A stretch of 64,000 nucleotides of DNA from Abditibacterium sp. (GCA_965246885.1 OZ251992.1:480001-544000); one strand, 5' to 3'. Shown: positions 46,726-56,435, counted from the first letter of the stretch. Notes: generated by a model from the sequence alone, not told the origin. Made by a program: numbers and translations.

Positions 46726-47856
46726 CTACAATTCCCCGCAAAACGCCCGCTCTTGCAGCGCCCCAAACAGCGCGTCGCTTTCCAACAGCGCCGCCCGCGC
46801 CGTCGCCTTGAGCGTTTCGATGGCCTCCACCCGCTCCGCGAACTGCTGTTGAAGCGGGAGGGGCGGGAGGGGGATTGGCAATCTCCGCAAGTCGTCGCCG
46901 CTTATGTTGATAAACGTGCTTCCGTTTCCCGTCGCCTGAAAATATGGGTAATAGATTTGGAGAACGAAGTAGACAAACTCGCGGCTGACGGTGGAGAATG
47001 GTCTCATTCGGATGGCGGCAACACCGCGCCCCAAACAGTAAGTTTTGTCGGCGATGTTCAAGCGCCCCGCCGTCGCCCCACGAACGCAAAAGAGAATGTC
47101 TCCGTCCTCGCATAGCTTGGTCGGCTCGGTCGTCCACTGCTTTTCGATGGGATAGCGCATCCCAAACTCGGTCGGCCCGTTCAGAAGTGGTTGCCCTTTG
47201 CCTTGGTCGTTGTAGGATGTTCCGGGCGGCGACTGCCCCATAACCAACTCCACCACGTTGCCCAATGAAGTCGCGCCTTCCGGCGCCTTTTTTTGCGATA
47301 CCTGCGCCAAGGGGTCGCCGAACATATCGCTGAAAAGGGCGGCGACGAGTTCATCGAGGCGTTGGAGCATTTGGGCGCGCAGTCGGCGCACGGCGTCGGC
47401 TTTGTCGAGGATGGACGCGAGGCGCTGCTGCTCGGAAAGGGGCGGGAGGGGGATTTCAATGTCTCGAATCTGCTTGACGGACAAGTGTTTAACGGTGACG
47501 AAGGGCGTCACATCCTCAATTTTCTTGAGAGCGGCGGGCAGAAAATAGAAGAGAAACCCGCCGTCTAATTTGCCGCAGGCGCAAATGCGGCAGACCCGTT
47601 GGTTCAACAGCGCCTTCTCGGATTTCCACTTGGCGCGGTTGAACTCTCCGTCCATCCCAATCAGGGTATCGCCGTCACTAACCAAATACCGCTCGTCGTA
47701 GGAGCCGGAGTAATATGTTTCCGAGAAGCCACGCACAACATCCCTAATCCGAGCGAGAGGCAACCCCTCGCCGTGCGTGTTGAACATCGTGGAATCGAAA
47801 GCAAAGCCGGAAAGAATTTCCGTCACCTCCCCCAATTTGACGGTTTGCCAGTTCAT
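46726..47856 (-). CDS. hsdS: Type I R-M specificity subunit (two TRDs)
   Basis: WQTVKLGEV; conserved repeats IPLPPLSEQQRL and IPLPPLPLQQQF; ERAFCGEL end. Confidence 0.95.
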   Translation of the reverse strand: MNWQTVKLGEVTEILSGFAFDSTMFNTHGEGLPLARIRDVVRGFSETYYSGSYDERYLVSDGDTLIGMDGEFNRAKWKSEKALLNQRVCRICACGKLDGGFLFYFLPAALKKIEDVTPFVTVKHLSVKQIRDIEIPLPPLSEQQRLASILDKADAVRRLRAQMLQRLDELVAALFSDMFGDPLAQVSQKKAPEGATSLGNVVELVMGQSPPGTSYNDQGKGQPLLNGPTEFGMRYPIEKQWTTEPTKLCEDGDILFCVRGATAGRLNIADKTYCLGRGVAAIRMRPFSTVSREFVYFVLQIYYPYFQATGNGSTFINISGDDLRRLPIPLPPLPLQQQFAERVEAIETLKATARAALLESDALFGALQERAFCGEL

Positions 47857-49394
47857 GCGAGGAGTTCCTCCAGTTGGGCGAGTTGGGTTTGGATTTGGGC
47901 GTCGAGGGTGCGCAGGTCGGCGAGGAGTTCGGCGGGGGGGCGGTGGGCTTGGGTTTGGAGTTCGATGTGTTTGTAGCGGTTGAGGCTGAGGTCGTAGCCG
48001 TTGGCGGCGATTTCGGATTTGGGGACGAAGAAGGATTGGGCGGTGCGGGGGTTGACGGGGGGAGTGAGAGCGGGGCTACCGCCCTCTTCCAATCCTTCCA
48101 CCAAGCCCGATTGGAAGTGGGCGGTAGCCCCGCGCCACGCTTCCAGCACCGCCGGGATGTCGTTGTCGCGGGTGGGTTGGCGCTTGTCGTCGAGCGAGAA
48201 GCCGTCGGCTTTCATGTCGAAGAACCACACGTCGTCGGTGCCGCCCGCGCCGGTTTTGGTGAAGAGTAGGATGGCCGTCGAAACGCCCGCATACGGTTTG
48301 AAGACGCCCGACGGCATCGAGATGACGCCTTGCAAGCGGTGCTTTTCGACGAGGGTTTCGCGCATCGCGCGGTGCGCGCCCGAACTGCCGAACAAGACGC
48401 CATCGGGCACAATGACCGCCGCGCGGCCACCGGGTTTCAAGAGGCGCAGAAACAGCGCGAGAAAGAGCAGTTCGGTCTTCTTGGTCTTGACTTCGGCTTT
48501 GAGGTCGTTGGCGACGGCGCTCTCGTCCAAACTTCCGGCGAAAGGCGGGTTGGCGAGGATGACGTCGTAGGATTCGGCGTCGCCCGACGCGCCTTGCGAA
48601 AGGGAGTCGCGGTATTGGATGCGCGGGTTCTCGACGCCGTGCAAGGCCATGTTCATCGAGCCGATGCGCAGCATGGTGGCGTCGAAGTCGAAGCCGGTGA
48701 AAGCGTCGTTGTTCCAAAAGTGCGTGGTGTCGCCGTTGCGATGGATGGCATTGCCCCACGTCTTGCGCTCGTAGATGGCCGAGTACACGAGGAAGCCCGC
48801 CGTGCCGCAAGCGGGGTCGCACACGCGCTCGCCTGCGCGCGGCGCCATGAGCGCGACCATCATTTCGATGATGTGGCGCGGCGTGCGGAACTGCCCGTTG
48901 CGTCCCGCTTGCGAGAGTTTGGAAAGCAGGTATTCGTAGATGTCGCCCTTGGTGTCGAGGTAATCTTTCCCCGCCATGACGAGGCGTTGCGCTTCTAATT
49001 CGAGGCCGTCTATGAGTTCGACGACGCGCCCCAACAGCGCCGCCGTCGGAATGGTGAAGCGCGCGTCCTTCATGTTGGCGGTGTAGGAACTGCCGCCGAG
49101 CGTTCGCAGCCAAGGGAAGAGGTCGCGCGAGAAAAGCTCGAACTGCGCGTCCGGCGCGATGTTGTGGAAGCGGCTCCACCGGAACTTGCTCGACGCCGCG
49201 TCGAACAGGGAGTTCTCCAAGACGCCGCCCTCGATGCGCGCCCGTTGTTCGAGGGCAATCTGCGTGTCATCCAAACGCCGCAGGAAGAGCAGGTAGGTAA
49301 TCTGCTCGATGGTTTCGAGCGGGTTCGAGATGCCGCCGGTGTAGAACGCTTCCCAGACGGCATCTATCTTCGACTTGAGTTCGGGCGTGAGCAT
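47853..49394 (-). CDS. hsdM: Type I R-M N6-adenine methyltransferase subunit
   Basis: GQFRTPRHII, DPACGTAGFL, ANPPF, IVPDGVLF. Confidence 0.96.
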   Translation of the reverse strand: MLTPELKSKIDAVWEAFYTGGISNPLETIEQITYLLFLRRLDDTQIALEQRARIEGGVLENSLFDAASSKFRWSRFHNIAPDAQFELFSRDLFPWLRTLGGSSYTANMKDARFTIPTAALLGRVVELIDGLELEAQRLVMAGKDYLDTKGDIYEYLLSKLSQAGRNGQFRTPRHIIEMMVALMAPRAGERVCDPACGTAGFLVYSAIYERKTWGNAIHRNGDTTHFWNNDAFTGFDFDATMLRIGSMNMALHGVENPRIQYRDSLSQGASGDAESYDVILANPPFAGSLDESAVANDLKAEVKTKKTELLFLALFLRLLKPGGRAAVIVPDGVLFGSSGAHRAMRETLVEKHRLQGVISMPSGVFKPYAGVSTAILLFTKTGAGGTDDVWFFDMKADGFSLDDKRQPTRDNDIPAVLEAWRGATAHFQSGLVEGLEEGGSPALTPPVNPRTAQSFFVPKSEIAANGYDLSLNRYKHIELQTQAHRPPAELLADLRTLDAQIQTQLAQLEELLA

Positions 49395-49430
49395 GAGGGC
49401 GCGAGTTTAAGGGGCGGCGCGCGGCCTCCT

Positions 49431-49889
49431 TCACAAGTCGAAGTGCACGTTGATCCACTCGCCGTCCAAGCGGGCGCCGAAGTGCTCGTAGAACCCCTGC
49501 GCGGGCATGTTCCAATCGAGCACCTGCCACATCAGCCCGGTGCAAGCGGCGTCTCTGGCGGTTTGAATGGTCGCTTCCAGAAGCGCCTTGCCGACGCCAC
49601 CCCCGCGCGCGGACTCGGTGACGATGAGGTCTTCGAGATACAACTGCTTGCCGCTCCACGTCGAGTAGCGAAAGTAGCACAGCGCCATCCCGACGACCGC
49701 GCCGCCCGACTCGGCAACCAGAAAGTGAAAGAGCGGCGCCTCGCCAAAGCCGTCGCGCTCCAACTGTTCGGGCGTGGTTTGCACCTTGTCGCGCGCGTTC
49801 TCGAAGGTGGCGAGTTCGCAGATGAGTTCAAACGCGCGCGGAACATCGGCGCGCACGCCGGGGCGGATGTGGACGGAAGCAGGGTTCAC
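49431..49889 (-). CDS. GNAT acetyltransferase (SSAT-like)
   Basis: YSTWSGKQLYLEDLIV..RGGGVGKALL, VLDWN..FY. Confidence 0.9.
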   Translation of the reverse strand: MNPASVHIRPGVRADVPRAFELICELATFENARDKVQTTPEQLERDGFGEAPLFHFLVAESGGAVVGMALCYFRYSTWSGKQLYLEDLIVTESARGGGVGKALLEATIQTARDAACTGLMWQVLDWNMPAQGFYEHFGARLDGEWINVHFDL

Positions 49890-49908
49890 GTGGGAAAGTG
49901 TGCGGCGT

Positions 49909-50027
49909 CGCGTCCGGCAGGACGCTTGGGCGCTTGCGCCCGGATGCCGGGGATTTTATATCCCCGGTTAGGAGGTGCTGTCGGGGATATAAAATCCCCG
50001 GCATCCGGCTTCGCCAAGCGTTCTCCG
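49909..50027. mobile_element. REP-doublet element, copy B (inverted relative to copy A)
   Basis: CCGGATGCCGGGGATTTTATATCCCCG-spacer-CGGGGATATAAAATCCCCGGCATCCGG. Confidence 0.8.
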
Positions 50028-50324
50028 AACGCGCTTCCGTGTGGCACAGGCACAACCTTGTCCCCATCGGGGAAAACCCGCGCTTTTGCCGGAAAATTCT
50101 GTCCCGCGCCCACCGAAATAATTTCCGGGCGCACCGTCTGCGCCCCCGTTTCCGCCCGCTTTGGCGCCGTTTTGAGCGTGGACGGTTTCATCGCGCGACT
50201 TTGCACCGACGGCCCCGCGCGCTGTCAAGTCTTAATGGGCGGCGCAAAGGGCGGTATAATTGCCTCTATCTCTTAGTCGGACGAGTTCCGCTTCGGGCGC
50301 TCTGAGCGCACCCACAACACAGCA

Positions 50325-53069
50325 ATGGCGCAAAATTTCGGGTCGAACCCCTCGGTCATACCGTTTCCGCAACGCGAGGCGAACTCCAACCGCCCGCTCG
50401 CGCGCGAACGGCTCACGCCGCAGTCGCTCGAAGCCGAGCAGTCCACCATCGGCGCCTGCCTGATGGAGCGCGACGCCATCGCGCGCGCCGTTGAACTGCT
50501 GACCGTTGACGACTTCTACCGCGAACTGCACAAGAAGATTTACCGCGTCGTCCTCAAACTCTTCGACCGGGGCGAACCCGCCGACATCGTGACCGTGTCG
50601 GAAGATTTGCGCCGCGCCGGACACTTGGAAGAGTGCGGCGGCGCCGATTATCTGTCCTCCTTAATAGAAGCGTGCCCCAGTTCGGCCAACGTCGAAGCCT
50701 ACGCGCGCGTCGTCCAAGAGAAATCCGTGCTGCGCCAACTGCTCACCGCGAGCGAACAAATCGCGGGCTGGGCGTATCAGCCCGACACCGACGAAGTCCA
50801 CACCCTCGTTGACCGCGCCGAAAAGAAGATCTTCGAGATCGGCCAAAAGCAATTGCGCGACGGCTTCGTCCACATCAAGCCCCTGTTGATGAGCGCCTAC
50901 GACCAAATCGAGCGCCAATTCCAACACAAAGGCGAAGCGATGGGCGTGCCAACAGGTTTCTACGACTTAGACGACATGACGAGCGGCCTGCAACCGACCG
51001 ATTTAATTATCTTAGCAGCCCGTCCTTCCATGGGAAAGTGCCTGTCGAGCAATAGCAAACTAGTAAATCCTCAAGACGGCAGTGTAGTTACCATTGAAGA
51101 AGCAGTCAGAAGTAGGCAAGAGAAAGTCGCCAACATGAACGCCGCCAACCAACTCCAAACGGCGCACGTTTCCGATTGGATAGATTCGGGCGTCAAACCG
51201 ACGTGGAAAGTCACGACGCGATTGGGCCGCTCTGTCGAAACGACGGGGCACCACCCGTTCTTTACCGCCGATGGCTGGGTGCCGCTCCACGACATCAAAG
51301 TCGGCGAGAAGATCGCCGTGCCGCGCTCAGTTCCGGTCTTTGGCGCGGATGAAACATGGTCGAGCGAGCAAGTGCGGTTGCTTGCTTATCTCATCGCCGA
51401 GGGCAATTTGACGAACGCGACCGCGCGCTTCACCAACACCGACCCGCTTTTGGTCGGCGACTTCACGGCGTGCGTCGAGGCGGCTTTCCCCGCTTATGAG
51501 GCGCGCCAAAGCGGCGAGGCCATCACCTACAGCGTCACCCGCAAGGATAAAACCCGGCCCAAAAGCGACATCTCCGCGTGGCTGGAAGAGTTGGGTTTGA
51601 TGGGCAAACTCGCCAAGGAGAAGTTCTTCCCCGCGCCCGTGTGGACGCTCGCCAAGCCCAAACTCGCGGAGTTCTTGCGCGTGCTGTTTTCGTGCGACGG
51701 CACCATCTACAAACTCGGCGACTTCCCGCGCATCGAGTTCACTGTCGCGTCGGAGCGCCTCGCGCAGGACGTGCAACACGCGCTTCTGCGCTTTGGCGTC
51801 GTCGCCAAGCTGTGGGCCAAGACCGCCCGCCACAAGGACAAGTCGTTCGCGTCGTGGCGCGTCGAAATCACGGATCCGTCGTCGGTCATTCGCTTCAACC
51901 TCGAAATCGGCTGGATAGGCGAGAAAGCGAATCGCGCGGTTTCGACCGACTTCTGGGCGCGTGCGCTTCCCAAGCGCGCCTCGAACGCCGGACACCCGCC
52001 GCGCGCAGTGTGGAAGCACGTCGAGTGGGCGTGCAAACGCGCGGGCATCTCGCTCGTCGAACTCGCGCGCCGCTCCGGTGAGACGACGGCAATGGGCAAA
52101 CAGGGCGGCTGGAACCCGCACAAGAACCGCTCCTTGCCTGCGCACCGCTTGCGCGCTTATGCCGAAGTGCTGCAAGACGCGCGCTTGTTCCGTTTGTCGT
52201 CGCCTGATATTTATTGGGATGAGATCGTCTCGATTGAATACATGGGCGAGCAGCAGGTGTATGACTTAACGGTGCCCGATGGCTCGAACTTCGTCGCGCA
52301 AGATATTTTTGTGCACAATACCGCGCTCGCATTAAACATCGCGCACCACATTGCGCTAAAGGAGCGGTTGCCCGTTGCCATCTTTTCTTTGGAGATGTCG
52401 AAGGAGCAGTTAGTGCAGCGATTGATTTGTTCGCAAGCGGAAATTAAGTCGCAAGACTTGCGGCGTGGGAAGGTGCAGGACTCGGATTGGCATCGGATAA
52501 CGAACGCGGTCAACGAACTTTATCAGGCGCCCATCTTTATTGATGACGTGCCGGGGGCGGGCACCTTCGAGATGCGCGCCAAAGCGCGAAGACTGACGGC
52601 GGAGCATGGGCAACTGGGCCTCATTGTGATAGATTACTTGCAATTAGCGCACTCGTCGGGGAAGTCCGAGAACCGCGTGCAGGAAATCTCCGAAATCGCG
52701 CGGGCGTTTAAGTCAATGGCGCGCGAACTGAAGTGCCCCATCATCGCGCTCTCGCAACTGTCGCGCGCCGTCGAGCAGCGCGAAGACAAGCGCCCGATGC
52801 TTTCCGACCTGCGCGAATCGGGCGCAATCGAAGCCGACGCCGACATCGTCACCTTCATCTACCGCCCCTCCTACTACCGCCGCAAGGCGCAAATGAAGGA
52901 CGGCGTGCCCGACCCCAATGCCGAACCCGACCCCGACGATGGCATCGCCGAAATCATCATCGGCAAACAGCGCAACGGCCCCGTCGGAATGGTCAAATTA
53001 GGTTTTCAACCGGAGTTCGCCCGCTTTACAAATCTGGCGCGCGACCAATACCGGGGCTACAGCGACTAA
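50325..53069 (+). CDS. dnaB: Replicative DNA helicase containing an intein
   Basis: PQSLEAEQ, GVPTGF, AARPSMGK|intein|TALALNIA, FSLEMS, IDYLQL, ALSQLSR, SDLRESG, KQRNGP. Confidence 0.97.
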   Translation: MAQNFGSNPSVIPFPQREANSNRPLARERLTPQSLEAEQSTIGACLMERDAIARAVELLTVDDFYRELHKKIYRVVLKLFDRGEPADIVTVSEDLRRAGHLEECGGADYLSSLIEACPSSANVEAYARVVQEKSVLRQLLTASEQIAGWAYQPDTDEVHTLVDRAEKKIFEIGQKQLRDGFVHIKPLLMSAYDQIERQFQHKGEAMGVPTGFYDLDDMTSGLQPTDLIILAARPSMGKCLSSNSKLVNPQDGSVVTIEEAVRSRQEKVANMNAANQLQTAHVSDWIDSGVKPTWKVTTRLGRSVETTGHHPFFTADGWVPLHDIKVGEKIAVPRSVPVFGADETWSSEQVRLLAYLIAEGNLTNATARFTNTDPLLVGDFTACVEAAFPAYEARQSGEAITYSVTRKDKTRPKSDISAWLEELGLMGKLAKEKFFPAPVWTLAKPKLAEFLRVLFSCDGTIYKLGDFPRIEFTVASERLAQDVQHALLRFGVVAKLWAKTARHKDKSFASWRVEITDPSSVIRFNLEIGWIGEKANRAVSTDFWARALPKRASNAGHPPRAVWKHVEWACKRAGISLVELARRSGETTAMGKQGGWNPHKNRSLPAHRLRAYAEVLQDARLFRLSSPDIYWDEIVSIEYMGEQQVYDLTVPDGSNFVAQDIFVHNTALALNIAHHIALKERLPVAIFSLEMSKEQLVQRLICSQAEIKSQDLRRGKVQDSDWHRITNAVNELYQAPIFIDDVPGAGTFEMRAKARRLTAEHGQLGLIVIDYLQLAHSSGKSENRVQEISEIARAFKSMARELKCPIIALSQLSRAVEQREDKRPMLSDLRESGAIEADADIVTFIYRPSYYRRKAQMKDGVPDPNAEPDPDDGIAEIIIGKQRNGPVGMVKLGFQPEFARFTNLARDQYRGYSD
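51039..52319 (+). mobile_element. 427-aa intein with LAGLIDADG homing endonuclease in the DnaB Walker A
   Basis: Cys1 (CLSSNS), block B TGHHPF, LAGLIDADG-like LLAYLIAEG and FLRVLFSCDG, VYDLTV..NFVA..VHN, +1 Thr. Confidence 0.95.
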
Positions 53070-53091
53070 AAACGGACGTCTGTCGTGCGAC

Positions 53092-53238
53092 GGCGGGAGG
53101 AATTTATCGGATGCGGGGAGGTATTTACGGGACGCGGGGAGGTATTTACGCCGTGCGGGGAGGTATTCACGGGACGCGGGGAGGAGTTCATGGCGTGCGG
53201 GGAGGAAATCACGGGATGCGGGGAGGTATTTATGGGGT
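53092..53238. repeat. 21-bp tandem array, 7 units, just after the dnaB stop
   Basis: Consensus GCGGGGAGGTATTTACGGGAY, with variable 3' half. Confidence 0.92.
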
Positions 53239-53276
53239 GCGGGACGTCTCCCGTGCTTTCAGCGCACACTCTGATC

Positions 53277-53960
53277 ATGACAACGCTGGCTTCCATCGAA
53301 CGGGTGTTGCACCTGCAAGGGAGCGCGTATGAGTTCCTGCTGTGGCTGGGGCAACGCGCGCGCGAAGACGACTCAATCCTGCGCGACGAGAACATCGAAG
53401 CGTGGCGCTTCCCCGACTCGACGCAGGTGTGGCTAGGCGGCTTTGTCGGGATGATGCCCGCGCATTTGCGCCCGGAGGAGGGCGACGCTCCCGCTTTCTC
53501 GCGGCTGTTCTCGTCGTTCTTCTCGACTTCCTTTCAGGTGTCCGAGAAGACGAACTTGACCCAGAATGATGGAGATGGGCGTTACGGGTGGCAAGAAGAC
53601 CGGCGCTCGTTGGTGGCCGCCCCGCCGTCGCTGGGCAAGAAGAGCGCGAAGGGCAAAGCGAAGGTCAAGGATGATGCGCGGGAGTTGAAGTTGCTGGCGC
53701 TCGAAGCCTTGGCGTTAGAGGAGGAACTGTTCCCGTCGCGGGCGGAGTTGGAAGCGCTCCTCGCGCAACCCGAATTAGAGCGCGAGGTGTTGATTTGGAC
53801 GTATTTCCACGAGATAGAGCGGCGCGCGAACTTCGCTTCGCAAGGCGCCCCGGTGCTGTATTTGTGGCGCGAAATGAGCGTGGCGGAGCGGCGAAAGCTG
53901 GACGCCGCGCGGGTGTGGGAAGCGCGCGAAGCGTTGCTGAAGCAACTGCGGGCCGCTTGA
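53277..53960 (+). CDS. Hypothetical protein
   Basis: 227-aa ORF from ATG after the repeat array; no motif recognised. Confidence 0.7.
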   Translation: MTTLASIERVLHLQGSAYEFLLWLGQRAREDDSILRDENIEAWRFPDSTQVWLGGFVGMMPAHLRPEEGDAPAFSRLFSSFFSTSFQVSEKTNLTQNDGDGRYGWQEDRRSLVAAPPSLGKKSAKGKAKVKDDARELKLLALEALALEEELFPSRAELEALLAQPELEREVLIWTYFHEIERRANFASQGAPVLYLWREMSVAERRKLDAARVWEAREALLKQLRAA

Positions 53961-53975
53961 GACAAACTACGGCTC

Positions 53976-55031
53976 ATGCAAATTCGCTTTTCATGGGTGC
54001 TGTTGAGCGCCTTGGCAATTCCGGCGGCGGCGCAGACGAGCGCCGCGCCGTCGAAGCGCCACGAGTTCTCCAAGATCGATCCGGCATGGGAAGCGAAGAC
54101 GAAGTTTTTGCGCCCGCAGTCCCTCTACTACAAGTCGTTGTCACCACAGGAACATTCGCAGTCGGAGATGATTAGCTTCGAGGCACTGCCGCTTCAACTG
54201 GGCGACGATGCGTTTATCGTCGTGAATGGCACGGTGAAGCGCAATGCAAAAACCGATTGGAAGACCGTCTCCTACTCCGAGAAGTTGCCCGCAAAAGCAG
54301 AGGGCACGTTGCGCAAAAAGCTCTGCTACTCGCCCAATGGTCGGCTCGTTGCGGAAAGCGATGTTTCGGCCACTGACACCTTTTCCCGCCGCTTTGCCAC
54401 AGATGGCTCGGTGGTTGCTTACGAACACACGGTTGGCACGAAGTCGGACGCGGGGTGGAGCATCAGCCCCGACCGAAAAACCGTTAGCCACTTCGAGGGC
54501 GGCGAGGGCGACTGGATCGAGTGGAGCGACAAAGCCGGTGACTTCACGCACTTCTGGTATCACGAAGGCACCGCGTATCTGGTGGAAAACTTCCAAAACG
54601 GCAAACGCCTCAGCGCGAACCTTGGTAGCCCGCAAGATGGTTACCTGCGAACTTCCCTCAAAGGAGAAGAATTGAACTTGTTCTCATTGCACGAGGTCTG
54701 GAGCAAGACGCCAAACACACCGGTTCAGGCGCAGGTCATGGACTTTTACGGCGACGGCAAGGGCCACATCCTCCCCTTCCACGTCACCGATGACGAAGTG
54801 AAAAAGCACATTCGCTCTCGTTGGCCTCGCTTCTTCTCTGGCTCGCAAAGCGCGTTGCTTCACGAGCAGCAGCAGAGAAAAGCCATTCAGCAGCAACTCG
54901 AAGGCGACTACCTCCACCGCCGCGCCGACTTTCTGGTGAGCTACGAAAAGGTGCTACGCGCCGCCGGACAGACGTGGCACAGCGTTGGTTTGGACGACCT
55001 TTCGCCGCACCACACCGTTGAACCGAGCTAA
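53976..55031 (+). CDS. Secreted hypothetical protein
   Basis: Signal peptide ..ALAIPAAA; beta-hairpin-like segments YSPNGRLVAE, FATDGSVVAY. Confidence 0.75.
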   Translation: MQIRFSWVLLSALAIPAAAQTSAAPSKRHEFSKIDPAWEAKTKFLRPQSLYYKSLSPQEHSQSEMISFEALPLQLGDDAFIVVNGTVKRNAKTDWKTVSYSEKLPAKAEGTLRKKLCYSPNGRLVAESDVSATDTFSRRFATDGSVVAYEHTVGTKSDAGWSISPDRKTVSHFEGGEGDWIEWSDKAGDFTHFWYHEGTAYLVENFQNGKRLSANLGSPQDGYLRTSLKGEELNLFSLHEVWSKTPNTPVQAQVMDFYGDGKGHILPFHVTDDEVKKHIRSRWPRFFSGSQSALLHEQQQRKAIQQQLEGDYLHRRADFLVSYEKVLRAAGQTWHSVGLDDLSPHHTVEPS

Positions 55032-55064
55032 GCGCGTGGTGTTTCTCCCGTCACACTTACGCCC

Positions 55065-56339
55065 ATGAAAATCTTGGTGTTGGGGGGTGGCGGGCGCGAA
55101 CATGCGCTTGTGTGGAAGATTCGGCAGTCGCCGCTTGTGAGCGAGGTCTTTTGCAGTCCGGGCAATGCGGGGACTGTGCGCGAGTGCCCGTGTTTGGTGG
55201 GAGATGCGGTCGAGGTGGCGCGCTTGGTGGGCGCGGATTTGGTGGTGGTGGGGCCGGATGGGTTGTTGGCGGAGGGGGTGGTGGACAGGTTGCAAGCGGC
55301 GGGGTTTCTGGCGTTTGGGCCAACGCAAAGCGCAGCGCGGTTGGAATCGAGCAAGATTTGGACTAAACAGCTACTGCGTGACGCGGGGGTGCCGACGGCG
55401 AAGTTCGCCGCGTTCGACACGGCGCAAGCGGCGAAGGCGTATCTGGCGTCGCAGGGCGAGAGCGCGTTCGTGGTCAAGGCGGACGGCCTCGCAGTTGGGA
55501 AGGGCGTGGTGGTGGCGGACACGCTCGCGCAAGCCCTCGCGGGGGTGGACGAAGTGCTGGGCGTCGCGGCGCAAACAGTCGTGGGAGACGGGGGGCGCGT
55601 GCTGGTCGAGGAGCGAATGACTGGGCCGGAAGTGTCGTTCTTCGCGCTCACCGATGGGCAGAGTTTGCTGCCGATGCTCGCGGTGCGCGACCATAAGCGC
55701 GCTTTCGATGGCGATAGGGGGCCGAATACGGGCGGAATGGGCTGCTTTTCGCCGGTTCCGGAGTGGAACGCGGCGCTGGAAGCGCAGGTGATGGCGCAGA
55801 TATTGGCGCCGACGCTCGCAACGATGCGCAAAATGGGCGTGGACTATCGCGGCGTGCTGTATTGCGGGCTGATGCTGACGGAAACTGGGCCGAAAGTGGT
55901 CGAATACAACGCGCGTTTTGGCGACCCGGAATGTCAGGTGCTCATGGCGCTGTGCGCGTCGGACATCGTGCCTGCCCTGCTCGCGTGCGCGCGGGGCGAC
56001 GGGTTGGACGCGGTGCAATTGACGTGGAAACAGGAGGCGGCGCTGCTCGTGGTGATGGCAGCGGCGGGTTATCCGGCCTCTCCCCGGCGCGGCGACGCCC
56101 TTGTCGGATTGGAGGCCGTAACCGACGCGCTGGTTTTTCACGCGGGAACGCGCGCGGAGGCGGATGGGCGAATTGTAACGAGTGGCGGGCGGGTGTTGGG
56201 GGTGCTTGGAACGGGCGCCGACTTCCCCCTCGCGCGGCGGCGGGCGTATGAGGCAGTGGGCCAGATTGCCTTCGAGGGCGCGCATTTTCGGGGGGATATT
56301 GGAAGCTCTCTGGTAGGGCAGGGCGTGCCGGGCGACTGA
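55065..56339 (+). CDS. purD: Phosphoribosylamine-glycine ligase
   Basis: MKILVLGGGGREHAL, KADGLAVGKGV, DHKRAFDGDRGPNTGGMG, EYNARFGDPE, TSGGRVL. Confidence 0.97.
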   Translation: MKILVLGGGGREHALVWKIRQSPLVSEVFCSPGNAGTVRECPCLVGDAVEVARLVGADLVVVGPDGLLAEGVVDRLQAAGFLAFGPTQSAARLESSKIWTKQLLRDAGVPTAKFAAFDTAQAAKAYLASQGESAFVVKADGLAVGKGVVVADTLAQALAGVDEVLGVAAQTVVGDGGRVLVEERMTGPEVSFFALTDGQSLLPMLAVRDHKRAFDGDRGPNTGGMGCFSPVPEWNAALEAQVMAQILAPTLATMRKMGVDYRGVLYCGLMLTETGPKVVEYNARFGDPECQVLMALCASDIVPALLACARGDGLDAVQLTWKQEAALLVVMAAAGYPASPRRGDALVGLEAVTDALVFHAGTRAEADGRIVTSGGRVLGVLGTGADFPLARRRAYEAVGQIAFEGAHFRGDIGSSLVGQGVPGD

Positions 56340-56435
56340 AGTCGCGGCAACTCACAGCGAAGTCGGCCTGCGCCGACTGCACTTCTAACTCCAGCCTCCG
56401 CAGGGAGGCTTTGCTGTGAGTTGCCGTCGCCCGGC
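56327..56435. mobile_element. REP-doublet element, CGACTGAAGTCG family (supplies the purD stop)
   Basis: GCCGGGCGACTGAAGTCGCGGCAACTCACAGC..GCTGTGAGTTGCCGTCGCCCGGC with inner hairpins AGTCGGCCTGCGCCGACT and AGCCTCCGCAGGGAGGCT. Confidence 0.75.

Noticed and set aside
46310..46852. Repeat-derived ORFs (SRASSRE / ELARLLR heptads)
   Set aside because: Open only because the 21-bp units lack stop codons; no SD or domain support, though translation cannot be excluded.
50030..50230. Possible degenerate periodic array or ORF upstream of dnaB (also 56460-56600)
   Set aside because: Periodicity is too weak to support by eye; would need autocorrelation analysis.
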